Source: a virus | Lineage: Duplodnaviria > Caudoviricetes | IMG/VR virus record: IMGVR_UViG_3300038499_000016 | Location: 1 to 64,000 of that record | Strand: one strand, 5' to 3' | Length of the DNA stretch: 64,000 nt | Shown here: piece after piece, positions 59,017 to 64,000 of the stretch | How positions within the stretch are numbered: the stretch's first letter is position 1 | Layout: each line of letters begins with the position of its first letter | Notes under the pieces: model-generated | Seen by the model: the letters and a program-made list of their open reading frames with translations, nothing else | The model's database searches: none | Told to the model about the DNA's origin: nothing | Made by a program: the position numbers and the translations under genes

Positions 59017-60991
59017 TTGGATTCACCACCCTCGTCTGTTCAGCTAAGACATGAGAACAACATAATACTTTATCACAGAGTCCCAAAGTCTCTTTGACCC
59101 ATGGAAATTCAAAGATAGACTCACAGAGATCGGCATACACCGTCTTACCATTCTTCTTAAGATCACGAACAGCGTTATAGTCCCCTTCCGAGAAGGACTT
59201 ACCCACAATCGCAATGTCATACCCATCCCTGAGTATGGCCTGATAGTCCACTATCTTTGACCAATACCCCTGCGACTTGAGCCACCGGTCAACATTCAAA
59301 ACACGTATCCGAGTCTGAGCAGCATCCCAATTCTCAACAGAAATCCACCCTATCTTAGGCCCAACTTGCGCCTTAATAGCCTTGACACTGATAGAAGGCG
59401 TTCCCCATCCATCATAATTCTCAATGCTGTGTACGAGAAACCCCGCATCTGTTAAGAGTATATTAATCTCACTATTCGAGAACCCTGAACGATGAAACTG
59501 CGCCTCATCAGGCTCCCCAGCCTGCCCCTTCTGAATCCCATAAATAGTACACTTGAACCAATGACGGGTCTTAAAGAAATTCTGATGATTAATAGGAGCA
59601 TCCAAATAACTCCTACAGCATTGCTCAAGATCAGGGATCTTCAACAGAAGCTCTCCACCCGGCTTCAATACCCGATACCATTCCTTCAACGTATCCCTGA
59701 CATCATCAAACGGCAGGTGCTCAAGGGCATGCTCTGAATGAATAGCAGCAATAGTTCCGGACTTATAAGGGATGTCACTGAGATCGAATACTTCATCTAC
59801 AATCTTACCCCTGAAGATATCGACGTTCACATAACCCGGGACAGACTTATCACCACAGCCTAAATTCAGCTTCTTACCTTCACCATCCTTACGATATCGA
59901 TCACCCGTGATAGTTGGTAAGAGAATATTACGATTGTTGATTGCCCGGGAATCCTTAGGCCGAGCTCTCAATACCTCATCGTTGTGCTCAAAAGCCTTCC
60001 GAACATTGCCTATGTTGTTGTAACACACGCAGAGCTGTAGATGTGGCAGCCAGCCATAATACTCAGGCTGATAGGATGCCAGCAATTCACCAGGCTTTTC
60101 CACAGAAAGACACATTTCAAACCAGTGTATAGCCTTATTCCACTGCTGCCTGCCTATATAATAGTCTCCCAACTGATAGTAGGGCTCTGCACGGCGGGGC
60201 TCTATTTTTATGGACTCGAAGATACAACGAAAGAACTCTGCATCATTATGAATCTGCAGATTACAGAGTGCCAACCGATACCAAGCATAATAGATGTCTT
60301 CCCAAAACCCATTTGACAGTCGTACGAACTCGGTCAGGCACTGAATAGCCTTATCAGTTTTCCCGAAATCCGCGTACTCTTTCCCGAGATAATAAATGTT
60401 CCTGGAATTGATGCCCTCTTTAATCTTTCCTTCCCCATCTAGTACAATACGCTCTAGAATTTCTAGATTACGTTCAGACGTCCCCCGCTGCTTATGGTGC
60501 TGGATAGGAATGTTCTCTATCCTCTGCCGGTCCCGAAGCGGCACACATTCATGAATGGACTCTTCCCACTTCCTGTTCAAGGACCGGCGTATGAACCGTT
60601 CCCGAGGAACCACACTGATAACTGCGCCAAACTCATCCCGGGCATAGTTATAGGGCATGATAACCATGTCCACATCAGATAGCTTGATACGCTTTATCTT
60701 CTCAACATCCTCAGGATTAATGGTATCATCCGAATCCATCCAGAAGATGAAGTCTCCGATCGTACATAGGCTAAAAGAGTAGTTTCTAGCCGCGGAAAAA
60801 TCGTGAATCCATGTGAAGGTATGTACGACCGGAGTGTACTCTTTAGCTATCTCGATAGATCGGTCCTTAGAACCCGTGTCGACTATCACATACTCATCGA
60901 CAAAGCCTTTGACGCTGTCTAGGCATGCCTTGAGGGTCTTCTCGGCATCCCGTACGATTATCGCGAAGCTAATCTTGTGCCCGTCTATCAT
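58982..60991 (-). CDS. GT2 + TPR + methyltransferase + N-terminal half of a GT-B
   Basis: IIVRD..VDTGSKD..DFSAARN..DSDD..IHE; TPR helices; LNLGCG..HALEH..LKPGG; C-terminal AAQTRIR..ADLCE..VIEDAWE. Confidence 0.88.
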   Translation of the reverse strand: MIDGHKISFAIIVRDAEKTLKACLDSVKGFVDEYVIVDTGSKDRSIEIAKEYTPVVHTFTWIHDFSAARNYSFSLCTIGDFIFWMDSDDTINPEDVEKIKRIKLSDVDMVIMPYNYARDEFGAVISVVPRERFIRRSLNRKWEESIHECVPLRDRQRIENIPIQHHKQRGTSERNLEILERIVLDGEGKIKEGINSRNIYYLGKEYADFGKTDKAIQCLTEFVRLSNGFWEDIYYAWYRLALCNLQIHNDAEFFRCIFESIKIEPRRAEPYYQLGDYYIGRQQWNKAIHWFEMCLSVEKPGELLASYQPEYYGWLPHLQLCVCYNNIGNVRKAFEHNDEVLRARPKDSRAINNRNILLPTITGDRYRKDGEGKKLNLGCGDKSVPGYVNVDIFRGKIVDEVFDLSDIPYKSGTIAAIHSEHALEHLPFDDVRDTLKEWYRVLKPGGELLLKIPDLEQCCRSYLDAPINHQNFFKTRHWFKCTIYGIQKGQAGEPDEAQFHRSGFSNSEINILLTDAGFLVHSIENYDGWGTPSISVKAIKAQVGPKIGWISVENWDAAQTRIRVLNVDRWLKSQGYWSKIVDYQAILRDGYDIAIVGKSFSEGDYNAVRDLKKNGKTVYADLCESIFEFPWVKETLGLCDKVLCCSHVLAEQTRVVNPNVEVIEDAWES

Positions 60992-61221
60992 GCAACAAGC
61001 CCGGTGGAGGATACCGAGTCTGTGCGAAGGATATCTGACACAGGTTTATTCACGGCCGGCTTCTTACGCTCTTTTTTAATTATTCCGGTGAGTCCTGTCA
61101 CTCCATGACACTCTGGACACAGTAGCTCGCCACAAGAACACTCGTGGGTATCATTAATCGAAAACAAGGACTGACACGCCTGACACTGCAGCTTAACGCC
61201 TACCGCTTTCATCATGATCAA
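60988..61221 (-). CDS. small zinc finger protein
   Basis: CQAC...CSC...CPEC. Confidence 0.65.
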   Translation of the reverse strand: MIMMKAVGVKLQCQACQSLFSINDTHECSCGELLCPECHGVTGLTGIIKKERKKPAVNKPVSDILRTDSVSSTGLVA

Positions 61222-61538
61222 CTCCTTGGTATTTGAGATAGAGCCTTCTGTATACGATCACTTATCTTAGTTTCATCTTCCGTACTACTGCCTTTATGCA
61301 AAAGGATGTCAAAATCGCACAACAAATCCCGCACAGACTTAACATCGAATCCTTGTTGGGCAAGACGAGGACATTCCTGAGGTATGGGCGTTCTTTCATC
61401 TTTCCCAGGAATAATCACAGAAGGTATCACAGGATACCCAGGCATAGCTCCGCAAGCGGTCCCATTACCGTAGGTATCGGCTGGGCACCAATCTACACAC
61501 TGCCGGCAGTCATCGACTAATAAATAGTTTGGTCTCAT
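61218..61538 (-). CDS. Cys-rich phage protein
   Basis: CRQC..C...C...IP.ECP; ATG 61538 preferred as start. Confidence 0.6.
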   Translation of the reverse strand: MRPNYLLVDDCRQCVDWCPADTYGNGTACGAMPGYPVIPSVIIPGKDERTPIPQECPRLAQQGFDVKSVRDLLCDFDILLHKGSSTEDETKISDRIQKALSQIPRS

Positions 61539-61625
61539 ACTGATGATATGAAACCAAAACATAAAGATAAAGCCCGCCGCATAGAAATTTCTACGAGACA
61601 GGCTTTAAGGGCAGGAAAACAGGCC

Positions 61626-61748
61626 TTAGGCCTTAGGCTCTACCTTCTCCGGTGGGACTTCAGGTGCTTTTGCAGGCTCTACTTTGAGCTTCTTCTTGGG
61701 AAGGAACCACTTCAAGAACTTCCAAATAGCCTTCAGGATTTTCTTCAC
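61626..61748 (-). CDS. 40 aa cationic amphipathic peptide not in the ORF track (MKKILKAIWKFLKWFLPKKKLKVEPAKAPEVPPEKVEPKA)
   Basis: GTG start overlapping the upstream TGA; AAGGAG RBS 6 nt upstream. Confidence 0.7.
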   Translation of the reverse strand: MKKILKAIWKFLKWFLPKKKLKVEPAKAPEVPPEKVEPKA

Positions 61749-62458
61749 GGAACGCTCCTTTCAAAGGTTCGGTAATATTGCCCTAATCTTTGATTTAGAT
61801 ATGATGCTTTTGAAGCCGGCACTCGTTCCCGAAGCCCTCCTATGTAGAATGCCATTGAATCAGCTATGTCATCCCATGGATTACGGCTGGCATAAAACCT
61901 TGTGAACTCTGCCATATCTGGGTCATAAAACCATTCCCCAATAACCTCTGGAACATCCTTCTCCCTGATAATGAGTCGCTTCAAGCCTGGTTTAGGTACA
62001 GGACTCCAACCAGATAAGGATAACCATTCAGGCTGAAGAGATAACTGTCCCTGCTCGGCATCGAATCCGTGAGCCAATTCATGATAAAGCGTCTGTTCAG
62101 GCCGTGTCAGGAAATAGCCGTGGTAGTCGTAAAAATCCTTTGGGCAGTCAGGATTTATGTAGGTATCCGCATTCATGTGTACTTCGCGATTAACGTAATA
62201 GCCGTGGTTAGGGTAGAATTCACGACTCGGACCCAGGTCCCCCCGAAGAACGAGCTTATCGACTCCACAGGCTTTTACCAAGGGAGGTGGAAGGATAGAA
62301 AGGATCTGGTAGGTTTGCCGGATAAGGGTAGAGGGGTCTGGAACCCCCTGCTGGACCTCAAGGTCCATGCCATATTCCCGCTTGATCTTACCTTCCCAAT
62401 CCTGTGCAGAAAAAATGGTCCGTAGGGCCTGGGATAGTGAATGCATGTTAGAATACAT
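61745..62458 (-). CDS. HExxH zinc metallopeptidase-like protein
   Basis: LYHELAHGFD...YASRNPWDDIADS; start may be 62446. Confidence 0.75.
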   Translation of the reverse strand: MYSNMHSLSQALRTIFSAQDWEGKIKREYGMDLEVQQGVPDPSTLIRQTYQILSILPPPLVKACGVDKLVLRGDLGPSREFYPNHGYYVNREVHMNADTYINPDCPKDFYDYHGYFLTRPEQTLYHELAHGFDAEQGQLSLQPEWLSLSGWSPVPKPGLKRLIIREKDVPEVIGEWFYDPDMAEFTRFYASRNPWDDIADSMAFYIGGLRERVPASKASYLNQRLGQYYRTFERSVP

Positions 62459-62461
62459 GAA

Positions 62462-62474
62462 TTTAAGAGATTAT
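62462..62474 (-). promoter_or_regulatory. phage promoter-like motif ATAATCTCTTAAA
   Basis: motif copy immediately upstream of the peptidase gene. Confidence 0.6.
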
Positions 62475-62638
62475 TAGGAGTCTAAATCTACGCTAGGAGG
62501 CCTGTTGCGTCGATTGTCCGTAATGCGCTTAGGAGAGCCATTGGAACTATGCGTTCGACGATGATGGGCGTAGTACAGCAAAAAACTAAAGATAAGCACC
62601 ACGAGAACGATTCCATAGCCCAAAAGCCATAGCCACAT
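62474..62638 (-). CDS. 54 aa single-pass membrane protein not in the ORF track
   Basis: MWLWLLGYGIVLVVLIFSFLLYY followed by a basic tail; fills the intergenic gap; weak RBS. Confidence 0.5.
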   Translation of the reverse strand: MWLWLLGYGIVLVVLIFSFLLYYAHHRRTHSSNGSPKRITDNRRNRPPSVDLDS

Positions 62639-62659
62639 AACGGTAAAATACTAAATTAG

Positions 62660-63457
62660 CTACACATAGCCCAACTCTTCAAGAACATCCCCTGTCACGA
62701 ATAGTGGTTCTTTAATGGGAATTGGGTTATTGTTGAGCAGGGCCTTGAGACTACCAAAAGACTTCCCTATACTCTTCTCCTGCTCAGGAGTCATCAAAGG
62801 GGCCTTCCACTTAATGGTAGGTTTAGCCATACTGGGAGCTAGGAAAGTTTTGGCTACATAGAACTCCTGAAAATCTTCCAGAACTAGAATTCCGATTCCT
62901 ATATTCAAATGACAGAAATTGTCCTCAATGCCGTATTCGAGCTGTCCACAATTCAGCATAACTGCATGCATCAACACATCCGCGGCAGTAGGGTCCGTAT
63001 AGTAGTTCTTTTGAACTATGTTACCAAAGAACTCATAGGTCTTCGGATCCACGCGTTCCTCAAAACGTTCAAAACAATGATGGGTGAAAAAAACCGATTC
63101 ATAAACTTTATTGTACGAAGGTATACCAAATAGGGTTCCGAACTCGGTCTTGTAGACTTCACTGAAATTGGTGATAAACTTGATATCAGCGGGATCCTTG
63201 GCCTTAAAATCCAAAAGATTGATGTATTTACCATAGCAGCTTCTCAGACGATTCACTATGGCCTCGTATAACTTCTTCTGCTTACGCTGACTGATGCGCT
63301 TCTTAGCAAAATCCTTCCCAAGCACCCTAGTCATGGCCTGGTCAAAGATTATTGAGAGCATGGCCTTGGGATGCTTCTCAAAAGACGTGGTCCTGAAATA
63401 CCTATTGAGCATCTTCAGGGTCTCGTCGTGATACTGTATTGGCATTGTTACCGGCAT
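62660..63457 (-). CDS. hypothetical protein
   Basis: 265 aa; THHCFERFEER motif. Confidence 0.7.
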   Translation of the reverse strand: MPVTMPIQYHDETLKMLNRYFRTTSFEKHPKAMLSIIFDQAMTRVLGKDFAKKRISQRKQKKLYEAIVNRLRSCYGKYINLLDFKAKDPADIKFITNFSEVYKTEFGTLFGIPSYNKVYESVFFTHHCFERFEERVDPKTYEFFGNIVQKNYYTDPTAADVLMHAVMLNCGQLEYGIEDNFCHLNIGIGILVLEDFQEFYVAKTFLAPSMAKPTIKWKAPLMTPEQEKSIGKSFGSLKALLNNNPIPIKEPLFVTGDVLEELGYV

Positions 63458-63458
63458 A

Positions 63459-64000
63459 TCACCGCCATGATACTTTTCTTGGGGATATCGCTTCCATTGA
63501 ACTTTCTATATTTCTTTGAAAGATACACATAGAATCATGGATTCCAGGCCAACAAAGAAGCGAAATATACTCTTTTACAGACCATTCTTTTTCCAAGAGA
63601 TCAAAAAAGGCATCATCCGCAGTACATCCACCTGCACTCTCTCCTACAAAAATGAAATACTTCCCTTTGTATTCTTTCAAGGCCTCAGTTATCCAAGATT
63701 CCCCCAGAGTTGGCCAACTAACAAAAAGAGTCCGGTCAGGATACTTCCTAACCGCATCAATAGCCGAAAGGGCTTCTACATGGGTCCATATTTTAGAAAA
63801 CTCATACTGATTACTCATGGGCTCAGGACTGATATCGGTCGCAATGACATCGATGGTCTTTTTCCGCATCTCGTAAGCCCAGTAGCCTGTCCCTGCTCCT
63901 ACTTCCAACAACGGGTTGTACAATCTGATTTTATCCAAGGACTCTTCGGTAGGTATAGAAAAGCTGTGCGTTTTTACGGTTGTTTGCCGATGGTTCCAAC
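63459..64000 (-). CDS. class I SAM methyltransferase (5' end beyond the window)
   Basis: LEVGAGTGYW, SWP, GE..GGCTADD; the frame stays open to the window edge. Confidence 0.8.
   Translation of the reverse strand, partial: WNHRQTTVKTHSFSIPTEESLDKIRLYNPLLEVGAGTGYWAYEMRKKTIDVIATDISPEPMSNQYEFSKIWTHVEALSAIDAVRKYPDRTLFVSWPTLGESWITEALKEYKGKYFIFVGESAGGCTADDAFFDLLEKEWSVKEYISLLCWPGIHDSMCIFQRNIESSMEAISPRKVSWR

Noticed and set aside
21909-60991. Host O-antigen or capsule locus
   Set aside because: No Wzx/Wzy/Wzz or ABC exporter; it is interleaved with phage-type small ORFs and shares the phage promoter motif.
61621-61638. aggcctt tandem repeat
   Set aside because: Only about 2.5 units at a gene end; no evidence of function.
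1-64000. Stop-codon reassignment, as in some huge phages
   Set aside because: Genes are long and tightly packed in the standard code, and TAA, TAG and TGA all end genes at sensible boundaries.
1-64000. CRISPR array or diversity-generating retroelement
   Set aside because: No regularly spaced repeats, no reverse transcriptase, and no template/variable repeat pair differing at adenines was seen.

Overview
The window looks like a 64 kb segment of a large (jumbo/huge) tailed phage genome in the standard genetic code. It has no rRNA, tRNA or CRISPR array. The left third (1-21.5 kb, mostly minus strand) carries virion and head-associated genes: a GIGT-repeat tail fibre, small Thr/Ser-rich structural proteins, a probable head-tail adaptor broken by an atypically split intein with a Vsr/DUF559-type endonuclease, a CCA-adding enzyme, a rhodanese and a DUF3228 protein. 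From 21.9 to 61.0 kb lies a ~39 kb island of apparently soluble glycan enzymes: about 18 glycosyltransferase-like domains, 11 SAM methyltransferase domains, 3 DegT aminotransferases, formyl/acetyl transferases, 2 radical SAM enzymes and nucleotide-sugar enzymes. I found no flippase or polymerase. Three separate signals point to a phage-encoded, motif-directed virion glycosylation system. (1) The tripeptide D-[G/A/S]-T is strongly enriched in the virion proteins. (2) One intergenic promoter-like motif, ATAATCTnnTRA(T), precedes both structural genes and glycan operons. (3) One GT-B enzyme appears split between two giant multidomain GT proteins, one of which carries a TPR-GT2 module. All family names come from motif recognition by eye, not from database searches.
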